From NCBI GenBank assembly GCA_951406725.2, contig OX597815.1:3472001-3536000 (forward strand): a stretch of DNA of 64,000 bases, read 5' to 3'. The position numbers were made by a program, and so were the translations under genes. The notes beneath the pieces were generated by a model, which was not told the DNA's origin, did not search any database, and saw only the letters and a program-made list of their open reading frames with translations. Source of the stretch: Octopus vulgaris. Taxonomy: Eukaryota. Position 1 is the stretch's first letter; the number at the start of each line of letters is the position of its first letter. Positions 12,040 to 24,557 of this stretch are shown in pieces.

Positions 12040-12915
12040 TTTTTTTAACGACCAGAAAGGGTTTACATCAACAAAAAACCTGATGGATGACACAGGACAA
12101 AACAGCTTATGTGTGTTGTGAGGGTTTTGCGGCTAACCAGGTTAAACGTAAAATAAAACCAACAAAATTAGCAGTGTATAATCCCCAATAAAGAGGAGAC
12201 GTTCGCGGGGTGCTCATGGAAATCCCCATAAAACCACGGGTTCCCTGACTTCTGTGGCAGGTGCCTTTTCTTATATCCTCTTCTCCGATTACAGGTGTAT
12301 GCTCGGAGCAGGACCGTTCCTTCATGCGATTCTCGCCACTCTCATCCACATTTCAGCAAAAATGGCTAGAAGGCAACACTTCTCATTCCACCCTTATAAT
12401 CTTCTTCAAGTTTCGCTTGAATTTGATGAGGGATTATGCAAAGAGGAAAGTACTTGTCTTCAGACACTTCAAAGTCCTTCACCATACAACCACTTTCATA
12501 TGGCCACTAGGCATATAAACACAGCCTACCCTTCTCGGTTAAAAGAAAACGGTGGGGCGATCTTCACGGTGGATTCAGTTGATAGCCGGATCTGTCTCAC
12601 ATGCGACAGCATGTGTTCGACATAAACCTAGAGGTCAGCAATGCTCGGGCACTGGACGAGTGCATGCAGGGCAGTTTAGTTGCCCCACGTGCATCTCGGA
12701 CATGCACGGCGGACAGCACTTCCGTACCTGTAGAGTTTATTTCGAACAGCCAAAGGCCCCGGTAGCACTGCCAGGATAGGGATTTCTGGAAGTTATCCGT
12801 CGGTCCCAGGCCGAAAGTTCTCCGGAAGGGAGCAGCTAACTGATTGTCTTCGACACACAAGGTCTCCCCAAGAACGTCATCGTACTTTCCCGCCACGAAT
12901 CCTCTTTAGAATGGT
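12040..12915 (-). pseudogene. Tx1/L1-clade LINE 3' fragment (ORF2 zinc-knuckle region + 3'UTR)
   Basis: FQKSLSWQCYRG/LAVRNKLYRYGSAVRRACPRCTWGN*TALHALVQCPSIADL*VYVE contains the CxxC..H..C knuckle, with stops and a frameshift; short A-tail at about 12040. Confidence 0.8.
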
Positions 12916-12953
12916 AAAAGGATTTGCTGAGGGCACTGCGATAAGTGGACAAT

Positions 12954-12954
<1 letters not shown>

Positions 12955-13006
<52 letters not shown>

Positions 13007-13058
13007 GCTGCTCCTTATGCTACTGCTGCTACTACTACTACTACGACTACTGCTGCTG

Positions 13059-13123
<65 letters not shown>

Positions 13124-13217
13124 GCTGCTCCTTATGCTACTGCTGCTACTACTACTACTACTACTACTACTGCTACTACTACTACTACTACTACTGCTGC
13201 TCCTTATGCTACTGCTG

Positions 13218-13258
<41 letters not shown>

Positions 13259-13328
13259 GCTCCTTATGCTACTGCTGCTGCTGCTGCTACTACTACTACT
13301 ACTACTACTGCTCCTTATGCTACTGCTG

Positions 13329-13360
<32 letters not shown>

Positions 13361-13551
13361 GCTCCTTATGCTACTGCTGCTGCTGCTACTACTACTACTA
13401 CTACTACTATTACTACTACTACTACTACTGTTCCTTATGCTACTGCTGCTGCTGCTGCTACTACTACTACTACTACTACTACTGCTCCTTATGCTACTGC
13501 TGCTGCTACTACTAATACTACTACTACTATTACTACTACTACTACTACTAC

Positions 13552-13587
<36 letters not shown>

Positions 13588-13598
13588 TGATGATGATC
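12955..13598. repeat. Compound (ACT)n/(GCT)n minisatellite with 8 interspersed TCCTTATGCT units, followed by (AAT)n
   Basis: Direct reading. Confidence 0.95.
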
Positions 13599-14222
13599 AT
13601 GTTGAAAGCAGTGACTGAAGGTTTCATATTAGCGGCAGAAGATCGAAGCCTGCCTACCAAAAACTACCAGGCTAACGTTCTTCAAAACGGTTCTGACCCT
13701 AAATGCAGATTCTGCGATATATTTGATGAAACAACAGAGCATCTCATCTCTGGATGTCCTGTACTGAGACCAAACGAATACAAAAATCGCCACGATTGGG
13801 CAGAAGAGTATTTACATGGGAAAATATATAAACACTACAAAATCAGCGCTCCTGCATACTGGTATGAACATCACCCTGAGCCAGTCGTTGCAAGTAAAAA
13901 TGTCCCTATCCTCTGGGATTTCCCAATCAACACCGACAGAACAATGCAAGCTAAATGACCAGACATAGTCATTAAAGACAAGGAAGGAAGAAAATACTTG
14001 TACACAAATCGATGTACGTGTTCTCACTGATAAAAAAATATATTTGTAAAGGAATTTGACAAATCAAGTAAATATAAGGCCTGGAAATAAAAATACAAAA
14101 GGTGTGGCATTTTAAAGCGAGAACTGTTCCTGTTATTGTGGGTGCCCTAGATATAAGAAAGGGATGTCAGAAACATCTAGATAATATCCCATGAGAACCA
14201 TGTCTCAGAGAAATCTAAATGA
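13599..14222 (+). pseudogene. R4/Dong-clade LINE 3' fragment: CCHC zinc finger + restriction-like endonuclease (RLE) domain
   Basis: LKAVTEGFILAAEDRSL..KCRFC...ETTEHLISGC..L...EYKNRHD..ILWDFPINTDRT...*PDIVIKD..VPVIVGAL; stops and frameshifts. Confidence 0.92.
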
Positions 14223-14227
14223 TTGGC

Positions 14228-14442
14228 GAAGCTGTGCGGCAAGAAGTCTGCTTCCAAACAACATGGCTCCGGGCCCATTCCTATTGCGTGGCAGCTTGAA
14301 CAGGAGTCTTCTACTGCCTTGAGCCGGCCAAAGCCTTGAGTGGATTTGGTACTTGGAAACTGAAAGAATCCTGTCGTATATATGTGTGTGTGTGTGCGTG
14401 TATGGATAGATAGATGGAGAGAGAGAGAGAGAGAGAGAGAGC

Positions 14443-14518
<76 letters not shown>

Positions 14519-14722
14519 CAGATAGATGTATATGTGCCACTCTTTGACCGCCGATGTTGACGTGTTTAAGTCCCCGTAACTAAGAGGCTCGGTAAAAAGA
14601 CCCGGTGGAATCAATACCAGACTTAAAAGATTAGAACTGGGGTCAATTCGTTCAACCAAAATTCTTCAGGCGCTGCCCCAGCATGACCGCAATCTAATGA
14701 CTACAACGAGACAAAGATAAAA
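14228..14722 (+). mobile_element. SINE family C with internal (TG)/(GA)/(GATA) expansion
   Basis: GGAAACTGAAAGAATCC and tail GGCGCTGCCCCAGCATGACCGCAATCTAATGACT. Confidence 0.85.
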
Positions 14723-15653
14723 CTTAGGAACAACGAAGCAGAAACGGATGCAATACAATGAAATTGTTGTTGTTGTATAGCATCAGTCTTAAAGAGACGT
14801 ATGATCAAAGACGTTCTAACCGTGGCCAATTCAGCTTTTTAATCAGACGCAGTCTTTCAAACTACTGCGTCCTTCTGTTTTTTCATATTTGCAAGATAGA
14901 ATTTGAGACGTATTTAGCTGGTATTTCTAGCAAGCCGACGAATGAACATGTATTCTTTCTGTGTTTGTGCATCTGTATATCTTTGTGTATGCGTAGTCGT
15001 ATGCTAATGTGTGTGTGTGTATGAGTGTGTGTGTGTATGTGTGTGTGTGTGTGTGTGTGTGTACGAGGAGAGAGAAAGAGAGCGAAACCAAACATAAAGA
15101 AACAATGTTTTGAATGTTAAAACGATCAGCGGCCATATTGCTTTTGCAAGTGAGACGTATAAAGCATAGGAGTTTTAACAGGGAAGAAATAAATATAAAA
15201 AAAAAAACACAGAAAAAGAAAATAAATAACGGGCAGACAGGACAATAGACAGATCGAAGATCAAATAAATAACAAAATAAATGCAAAAAATAAAAACAAA
15301 ATAACAGATGTAAAAAAAAGAAAATAAAACAAAAGCGGAGAAATTCTTTTTAAAAAATATTCGTACAAAAGCAAAGAAAGGAAAAGAAAATACAAAACAA
15401 AAATAAAGCAAAAGGCAAACCAACACTTAAATATCACGTGACCGACTTCAGGAGGGAGAAGGGGAGATCATCGCATTGTTATCTTTTTTAGCGTTTCTTT
15501 GCACATATCACTCTTCGTTCTTCTGAGATGCAGAGATTTCTGCTCCGCTACCCATTAGAACCGGAAATATGGTTAAAGTGGAACGCCAAATAATACTTGC
15601 ACACCTTTTGCCTGAATTTTCTTCACTCTCTTCGCTGCCTCTCTTTCATTTTG

Positions 15654-15696
<43 letters not shown>

Positions 15697-15782
15697 TACA
15701 TCACACCCATCACACATTCTGTCTGTGTCACTCACACTTCTACAAACACACACAAGCTCACACTCTCACACAAATAAATGCA

Positions 15783-15879
<97 letters not shown>

Positions 15880-16491
15880 TCGTATAGATACAGCAACATA
15901 AACAATTCTACCCTTCCATATATACCCTGACGCAAGACAACGGGGATAACATCCACACAGCTTCACGTTTGATGTCTTCCTGGCACTGATTCTCCATGTC
16001 CTGGCTCTATTCAAGCTACGCGCTCTACAATCTTCAGCACACAATAATAAACACACACGTGTGTGCGTTGTTTTATAATATATATATATATATATATGTA
16101 TGTCTATATGTATATATGTGTGTGTGTCTGTGTGACTGTGTTTATAAACATGTACACATGCACATAGTAATATATTTATGTACATATTATATGTGCATAT
16201 ATGTATGTATATTTATACATACACATATATACATGTATTTGCAGCTCTATGTGAAGGACTTTGCACCAAGAAGACGAGTAGTTGGGATAATACATACTCC
16301 AAGTTTTTTATTTTCATGGCATCGATGTTTTTCCGATGGAAAAACCGCCGGCTTGCAGTTTACGCAACTACTGTGCGTAGATTATATATACACATACATA
16401 CATACATACATACATACATACATACATACATACATACATACATACACACATACATACATATATGTATATATATATCTGTCTCTCTCTCGAC

Positions 16492-16522
<31 letters not shown>

Positions 16523-16529
16523 TACAAAG

Positions 16530-17065
16530 TGAGATAGGGGTTATGAGTGTAACCCACTATGGGATATCATTTATCCAATATACTGCCAGTGAAGTACCCA
16601 AAAGACTAATACATAAATGCTTACAATTGCAATGCAATTAGTTCATTTATTGTATTATATGGGCGAAGGTAAAACGTTTTACCTCAAATTCATAATACAA
16701 AATAAGAAAATGGAGGAATAGATTCCTTTCAATCATCAACTTCCAGATAACACCAATTCATATAATTTATTAACTAATTAATTAAATTAAATAGGAACAT
16801 CCAAATCCAACAGATTAAGACAGAATAAAACAATATACATCAATAAGTAAGATAATACCATAAAAATAATACATATAAAATGGATCTTACAGCTGTTTCA
16901 GCCTGTAGATAAGAGTATCTCATTATACCCATATTAGTCAGATATATTGAGGTAATATGCAGTTAAAAATGAGTTACTTATATATATATATCTCAAGGCC
17001 TCGTCAGAGATTATAAAGTACAATTATGAAGATATAAAATGAAGATATAAAATGCAAATATAAAT
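16530..17065 (-). mobile_element. Penelope-like pseudo-LTR/non-autonomous fragment in (TA)n context
   Basis: AT-rich segment between TA arrays carrying a hammerhead core. Confidence 0.55.
16884..17011 (-). ncRNA. Type I hammerhead ribozyme with a 91-nt insertion in loop II
   Basis: AUCU-CUGACGA-GGCCU-[91 nt]-AGGCU-GAAA-C-AGCU-GUA-AGAU; core nucleotides intact; stem I AUCU/AGAU, palindromic ACAGCUGU stem III. Confidence 0.75.
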
Positions 17066-17090
17066 ATTAAACAAGATACACATATACACT

Positions 17091-17121
<31 letters not shown>

Positions 17122-17269
17122 TTATATAGCGATAAGCCGCTACTACTGCCTCTGCTGCTAATGATGATTATGGTGGTGGTGATGATGATGATGAGGATAA
17201 GGATGATGATGACAACGACAATGGGGATGATGATGTTGACAATGATGAGGAGAAGATATTGGATATGTA

Positions 17270-17272
17270 ATG

Positions 17273-17306
<34 letters not shown>

Positions 17307-17441
17307 GTGGTGGGGGTGGGGGTGGGGGTGGTGATGGTGGTGGTGGTGGTAGTAGTATTGGCGGCGGCTTTGTTGTTGCTGGTGGAGGTGGCGGCGGTTG
17401 TGATGTTGGTGGTGGTATTGGCGGCGGCGTTGTTGTTGTTG

Positions 17442-17473
<32 letters not shown>

Positions 17474-17558
17474 GGTTGTAGTGGTGGTGGTGGTGGTGGT
17501 GGTGGTGGTGGTGGTGGTGGTGGTGGTGGTGGTGGTGGTGGTGGTGGTGGTGGTGGTG
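17270..17558. repeat. (GTA)n/(GGT)n/(GTT)n trinucleotide array
   Basis: Direct reading. Confidence 0.95.
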
Positions 17559-17991
17559 ATAGGCACAACTACAAGAAAGCAGTTGCACCCAAGTGGAAAA
17601 GCTTTCAGATTGATCGTAAGTTGATTTCCATTACGGAAGGAAGAGATGAGACGGTGATGGAGAGGATGAGGAAAAATGGGGGGGGGAATGGGGGAGGAGA
17701 GGAGCTCTGAGGAGGAGGAGGAGGAGAAGGAGAGAAGACCGAGGGAGACGGAGGGAAAAGGAGCAGAAAGCTTTCTTTAAAATACACGCAAACACATATA
17801 CGGTGTACAAATGTAGATGCACACACATACACATATACATATATGTGCATGCGTCTATAAACATATACATATATATATATATACATGCATATAAACACAC
17901 ACACGCGTATATATGCATGTGTATAAATAAGCGCACACACACACATGCACACTCACACACACATATAAGTATATATACATATATACATATA

Positions 17992-18072
17992 CAGCAATCC
18001 CGCGACTATCGCGAGTGTCACATTCCAAAACACCCCGCGATAGGTGAACTGCAATATAGCGAGGGATTACTG
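17992..18072. mobile_element. Tc1/mariner (pogo/Tigger-like) MITE
   Basis: TA TSDs; termini CAGCAATCCCGCG / CGAGGGATTACTG. Confidence 0.8.
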
Positions 18073-18784
18073 TATACACACACATACACATAGGTGCATG
18101 TGTGTGTGTATGCGTGTGTACGTGTGTGAATGTGTATTTCAAATGTTGACAGAGTACTCAGAGTTTTGTCCCAGGCAAAGCTGGTTCATAACCAAACAGT
18201 CTTCGACATTTTTTTTTATCGAAAAGGGATTTTCAACCCAATAAAGAATTATATCTGTGTGACAAGGAAAAATCTGATAGTAATTTGAATGTGTCGTTTC
18301 TCTTGCTTTCGGCAGAATGTTTGACAGATGCGAGTAAACGAAAACTTCGAAGTCGCTAACAATCATCTTCTTGCACAAGCTTTTAAAATATTTCTGTATG
18401 CCAAAAAGTACAGAGTAGTTTATCAGTTTAATGTAAAATCGTTTATAATGTCACATAAAACCAGATGTAGCGATGTGCGTGTGTGTGTGAGAGAGAGAGA
18501 TAGAGAGATAGAGTGGACGAAGAAACGAACGAAATATAGAGTTATTCCCGACATTGAATTATCGTACGACATACTAGAATGTCTCAGCTTCACAGGAGTC
18601 AGGGTTTTGTGGCGATCTACGGGTCCACATCATCAGATGTATGGAGTAAGAGTGGAGAAAAAGGATAGATAATCTGAAAATATGTTCTAGGTGGGAATAT
18701 TTGGGCAGCCATTGATCGGTATATATCACGTTAGTCCAACTGTAGATAATGATACATTCACAAATATAATGAGTACAATAACAG

Positions 18785-18811
<27 letters not shown>

Positions 18812-18818
<7 letters not shown>

Positions 18819-19731
18819 TACATATGTGGGAAATTTTGTCTGTGGGGGGTTTGTGGAGTTGCTAGCTAACTCTTCCTACATCGTTTTATCGATTTTGATC
18901 AAATTTGACATGTGACTAGAACTCATGCTTCGAAACCTCTTGGCATACGCAGATTGTGGAAGCAATCGATAATTGGGCCCCTGGAATGGATCCTTATATA
19001 TATATCTAATATATTTTACTTTTAAAACCAAGGGAACTAGCCAATTTGCCCCTGGAAGGGATCCTTTTATATAGCCAATGGAAATAACCCATTCATTTTC
19101 CTAAATTATTTGGTAAAAATGAAATTGAGTATGCTTATTTCTTAGTATTTGAACTGTTAGAGTTATTTTCGCAATTTATCCAGTACAACCCTTAAACTAG
19201 TATATAGCATTTTCCTAAACAATAGATCCCCTTATTTCGGTTAGTGACTTATTCACGAATATACCAACACTAGCGCCCCCAAGGGTAATATTCTCTGAGA
19301 ACGCACAAAGCGCTTTTCAGAGTTATTTACCTTGAATTATTATATCATATCTGATTAACCTGCTATTATTTAACATGCTTCACGATTTTAGTATACATAC
19401 CTTATTAGTATTTCCTCCTGTGTTCTATATAATCTGGGAACGCATTAAAAAGCCCTTTTCCGGGGATACTTTATTTGAATTCTTACTATAGGGTAACTAA
19501 TTTCATGATATTACATAACTGACTCCACAATTTGGGTATCCATAACTTATTAGGAATTACTAAAAATCAAGATCCTGTGTAAGACAGTTCGGTATTCTCT
19601 GTAAATGCGCAAAAACCGTTTTAAGGGCTACATAGTTTGCATTGTTGTCTTTAGATTGGGTGAAACAATTATAAGAAGGGAACCAAGGGATAAGCCCCGC
19701 TTTCCCGGGAATTACCGGATACGTCAGCTAC
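18812..19731 (+). mobile_element. Non-autonomous Helitron-like element
   Basis: 3' GC hairpin CCGG-GAATTA-CCGG followed by CAGCTAC (CTAG-like terminus); 5' segment with ATCGATTTTGATCAAATTTG typical of such elements; no TSD. Confidence 0.6.
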
Positions 19732-19868
19732 TATATGTGTGTGTGTATAGATATATATATATACATGTATATATGTGTGTGTGTGCGTACCTGTGTATAC
19801 ATATATTATGTATCAGCCGCACCAGGGTCTTAAGGATTGAAACGTATAACAGAATAAAAGAATACAGG

Positions 19869-19980
<112 letters not shown>

Positions 19981-20401
19981 CAATACAACTGTAGATATTA
20001 CATTCATATATACAAAGTTTATGTGACAAGATAAACATATAGCTTTCCAATAATAAATATAAAAATCATTTAGAGTCTATACAACCCTCACGTATATATG
20101 CACTCACACACACACGCACACACTTACACACACACACACATACACACACACACGCACACGCACACGCACACACACACACGTGTTGCTTTTTCAGGAAACG
20201 AAAGAATAGTTTCACCATTCCATAGCAAAATCGTTGTACTACACTTTGACAGTTTCTTATATCTTGGCATCTGAAGCAGCTGGAGATACGATAGTTTGAC
20301 CAAAAGAACCGGTTATGGCAAGCAAAAATAAATATTGAAAAAAAAAAAAGTCATTTGGCCAAATTTGGACATACGACGGTTTAACATAACAGCAACGATA
20401 C

Positions 20402-20435
<34 letters not shown>

Positions 20436-20789
20436 GTCTATATATATATATGTCTATATAAAAAAAAATACATACAGACATTATATGTATGTATGTGAAT
20501 AAAGTAATAGTTTTAGAAATACAAGAAATAGAGCTTAATACCTAAAATGGAATATTGATATCGTTTGTGCCGCAAGCCGTTTCCCCGACTCAGGAGCCAA
20601 CGAGTTTGTCTCCATACACTTGTCAATGGTGGAGCAATGCATGTGCCATTAGTTATTTGATTGGATCGGATCGAATATATATAAACAGCAATTGTATTTC
20701 TCAACCTCGATTATAAAAATGTAAAATAAAATTATGAAAATAATTTCAGGCTTTCCCGGAATTCAAGGAAGGCAATAAATACCAATTAT

Positions 20790-21035
20790 ATATTGGCTTA
20801 AAATTTTGGCTGAAGGCCAGCAAGTTCTGGTGCGGTGGTACTTAATTTTTATGGACCCCGAAAGGGATGAAAGGCAAAGTCGACCTCAGCGGACTTTGAA
20901 CTCAGAACGGTGTCGACTACGCCTTTCATCTTTTTGGGGTAGATAAAATAATGTACAAGTTTAGCGCTGGGGTCGATGTAATCGACTGACCCCTATCTCC
21001 GAACTTGCTGGCCTCCTGCCAAAACTTTGAAACAA
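20790..21035. mobile_element. Two SINE family M fragments joined in inverted orientation
   Basis: GATGAAAGGCAAAGTCGAC (minus copy) followed by GTCGACTACGCCTTTCATC (plus copy); AGGCCAGCAAGTTC / GAACTTGCTGGCCT at the outer ends. Confidence 0.85.
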
Positions 21036-21374
21036 TGTTACCTGGGAGAGAGACAAGTTAAAACCGACCCCTGAAGAATTCGAACTCACACTGTAAGGAG
21101 ACCAAAATAAATTAGACACTCAGCCGCGTGTTGTATCGTTTTTCAAATTCTGTCATCCTGATATTGGCCAATTTGATTTCAGTCAAAAGCTCAAAGCCTC
21201 AAAGCTTCCTGAGAGAACCGTATTCTAGTTGATTACATCATTCCTTAACAATATTCCTTTGCTAATTATTTCATCTAGCCTTGACGCTCGCAGAAGGTAG
21301 AAAAGCAAATGTTGACGGCAATGGGAATTGAACCTAGAACGGAGTGATTTCAAAGTCAGTTTTATAAGCGCTGA

Positions 21375-21533
21375 CGTGACTCTATGGTAAGAAGCTTGCT
21401 TCCCAGCCACATGGTTCGGGGTTCAGTCCCACAACGTGGCACCTTGGGCAAGTTTCTTCTTCTGTAGACACAAGCTAACCAAAACCTTATGAGTGAATCT
21501 GATAGCCGGAAATTGAAAGAAGCGTGACGTACA

Positions 21534-21595
<62 letters not shown>

Positions 21596-21820
21596 TGTGC
21601 TTGTCTTTGTGCCTGTGTTTGTCCTGCACCACCTCTTGATAACCGGTACAGGTGTGTTTACGTCCCCATAACTTATCGGTTCGGCAAAAGTAACCAACAA
21701 AATAAGAACCAGTTTTAAGAAAAAATAAATACTGGGGTCGATTCGTTCGACCAAAACTCTTCAAGTCAGTGCCCCAGCCTGGCCTCAGTCTAATAAATGA
21801 AACATTTGGAAGATAAAAGA
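21375..21820 (+). mobile_element. SINE family C, near full length, with internal (TG)n
   Basis: GGTAAGAAGCTTGCTTCCCAGCCACATGGTTCGGGGTTCAGTCCCAC...CCTTGGGCAAG...GTGCCCCAGCCTGGCC. Confidence 0.9.
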
Positions 21821-23509
21821 TTAGATTACTAATCTTTCAGTAGCAACGTTCTACCTTTTCTGACGCCCCAAATTCTTTAAACATTTTTGATAATATTCGG
21901 TTTTGTTTTTCTCTCTGTAGAAATCTATTTTATTCAATAAAGCCTGTGAATATAATGCAAGATGTCACAATGGTTCCTTAGAGTTGGGAATTAATTTAAA
22001 TAAACGTTTGATGGACAGTTAACGTTAGTGTCCTGTTGTTTAGAGATTGGGCTGTATGTAAAGAAAACCTTTCTGTGCTGCTTTCAATTGGTTGTTAGAA
22101 ATTTAAGCGGCTTTATTGACTCCATTTAATTCTTGAAATATTAAGCCACAATTGTTGTTGATATTGTATCGTATTGGAAATAAAAGAAGCGAGAAGACAA
22201 AAGAGAACGAAAGTTTAGAGAATAAAGAAGATATAGAAAGAGAGAAGGATAGCGGGAAAATGTTAGAGATAAGAGTAGAGAGGTAAAGAGGTGTTAATTC
22301 AAAGGTATGTAGAAATGGAAAAACAGGATGGATTCTTGAAAGACATAGAAAGTGGCAGGAAAAAAGTAAAAAAGAAATGGATGAATTGAACGATAGAAAG
22401 AATGGATAAAGGAATGGTAGAAAAGATGAAAAGAAAATTTGGACTGGAAAATAATAAAAATGGAAAGAGGAAATAAAAGGTGGAGAGATGTAAAAAGGAA
22501 ATCGAATGGAACGTTTGGACAGAAGAAAATGTGATAAAAACAATGGATGAGAAATATAGAGAGAAGAAAGGAGTGAAAGAAGAAGGAAAAATGTATATAT
22601 ATAAAAACGGAAGGACAAAAAGAAAGAGAATATGGAGAAAAAATATTAAAAAAAGGGGAAAGAGCTTGAGAAAAACCGATGAATAAAGGGAGATAATAAA
22701 AGGAAGAAGGAAGAGGAAAGTGAGGAAGAAATGAAGATGCTTTTATATTCCCGTTAAAGAAACGAATGATAATAATTATGATAATAATAATGATGATGAT
22801 GATGACGACGACGACGACGAGGAGGAGGAGGAAGCATCAGAAGGACGTTCATAAGGACTTTAAGATGGAGACACGAATGATGAGGTGAAGGAGGAGGAGG
22901 CGAAAAGTGTAAAACATAATAGGTTCTGAATGAAAAAGGAAGGAAGGAAGGAAGGAAGGAAGGAAGGAAGGAAGGAAGGAGGGAAGGATTCAATAACGGT
23001 GCTTGTGTTAAGTTTCCCCTTTGTTATTTATTAAAGTGTCCACCGATACAAACTGAAAACGATTATGGCGAATTTTCTCGCTGAGAAATTAAAACAACGA
23101 AATTTTCCTGACAATCTCAAATGATTTTATGGGATAAACAGAGATATATATTTCACGGTAACCTGTGGAGTGTACGAAGATATAAAAAAAGATATATAAA
23201 TACTTAAGTGATATTCGTCACATAAATTTCTATAGAGCTTTGGCACAAAGATGTAGATGTGAGCGAGAGGAGAAGTTAGAAACAATGACATGAAGCGGTC
23301 ACAGGTTTACCCCCCGAGCATTAACAATACAAATGAAATTTTGAATCGATCGGGAACTGTAACTGAATCACCATTTTGTCTTACCAGTTACCAACGCCAT
23401 TTTGCACACAAGACCAAGCATTTCAGACGGACACTCGTTGTGTTAATTGAATGAGTTTTTAGCATCGTCTAACCAACAGCCTCCCTAGATAAAATATATT
23501 ACGGTCTGA

Positions 23510-23930
23510 CTATCTATCGATCGATCGATCTATATATATATATATATATATATTGATAGATAGGTAGATAGATAAACAGGTATATAGATAGATAGAGAGA
23601 AAGAGAGCGAGAGCGATACATACATACATACACGCACATACATACATACATACATACATACATACATACATACATACATACATACATACATACATACATA
23701 CATACATACATACATACATACATACATACATAAACACACACATACACACACTCATACATACACACATCCATCCATCCATCCATCCATCCATACATACATA
23801 CATACATACATACATACATAAACACACACACACACACACATACATACACACATCCATCCATCCATCCATCCATCCATACATACATACATACATACATACA
23901 TACATACATACATGCATACATACATGCATG
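23510..23930. repeat. (TA)n/(GATA)n/(TACA)n/(CATC)n array
   Basis: Direct reading. Confidence 0.95.
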
Positions 23931-24234
23931 TACCTCAACTCGAAGCGATAAGTCGCGTATCTGGCATGGGAGATTATTTATCAAAAACACGATGAATAGC
24001 ATCTCCAACTTTGAAGCCACAACTGTCGGTTGATCTTCAGGTGAATTAATTGAGGGAGCCTTTTATTTAAGATCGTTGAGATTTTCGAATGAAACTTGAA
24101 TTTACTATGCAGAGAGTTACTACGAACAACATGGCTGGACACAACATCAACAACAACAAAATCGAGGAACAGAACGAAAACAACATCTCAACAGGTAAAC
24201 AGATTCCTTCTGGCTGTAATTATAGAAGAAAGCG

Positions 24235-24557
24235 TAATTAGAAAGCTAATTCGAAGACTACAGATCCAATCCATCACTGGAACTGTTAAAATCTGTAAAA
24301 CTTTCCAGAAGTTTATCATTTAAATATATATGAATATGTCCAGATATGTAACTATATGCATGAGAATACATACATAAAGCAAGACATCCAAATCTACATA
24401 TATGCATACATACATACACACAAAAATACTTTGTTGTTGATGTTGAAATTCCAATGAAGGAGCCTTGGATTTAGGTTAGAAACCGGCTCTTTCTCTGTTG
24501 GTAAGAAGTCTTGAAAAACAACTGAACAATGACAAACATAATTACATACATTCATAC
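24235..24557 (+). mobile_element. 3' end of an R4/Dong-like LINE with CATA-repeat tail
   Basis: ORF end RKLIRRLQIQSITGTVKICKTFQKFII*; 3'UTR homologous to 48200-48370 and 50314-50430. Confidence 0.85.

Noticed and set aside
12911-13958. Mucin-like Thr-rich ORF and the 337-aa poly-Leu/RLE fusion ORF
   Set aside because: The open frames come from the (ACT)n array; the only real domain is a decayed LINE fragment with downstream stops
18139-18378. ORF with WVENPF resembling a Buster/Charlie transposase C-terminus
   Set aside because: Similarity rests on a few residues and cannot be supported without an alignment
23105-23140. Hox/Pbx-like TGATTTTATGG suggesting a Hox-cluster context
   Set aside because: A single short motif; no homeobox exon or miR-10-like sequence was seen in the window
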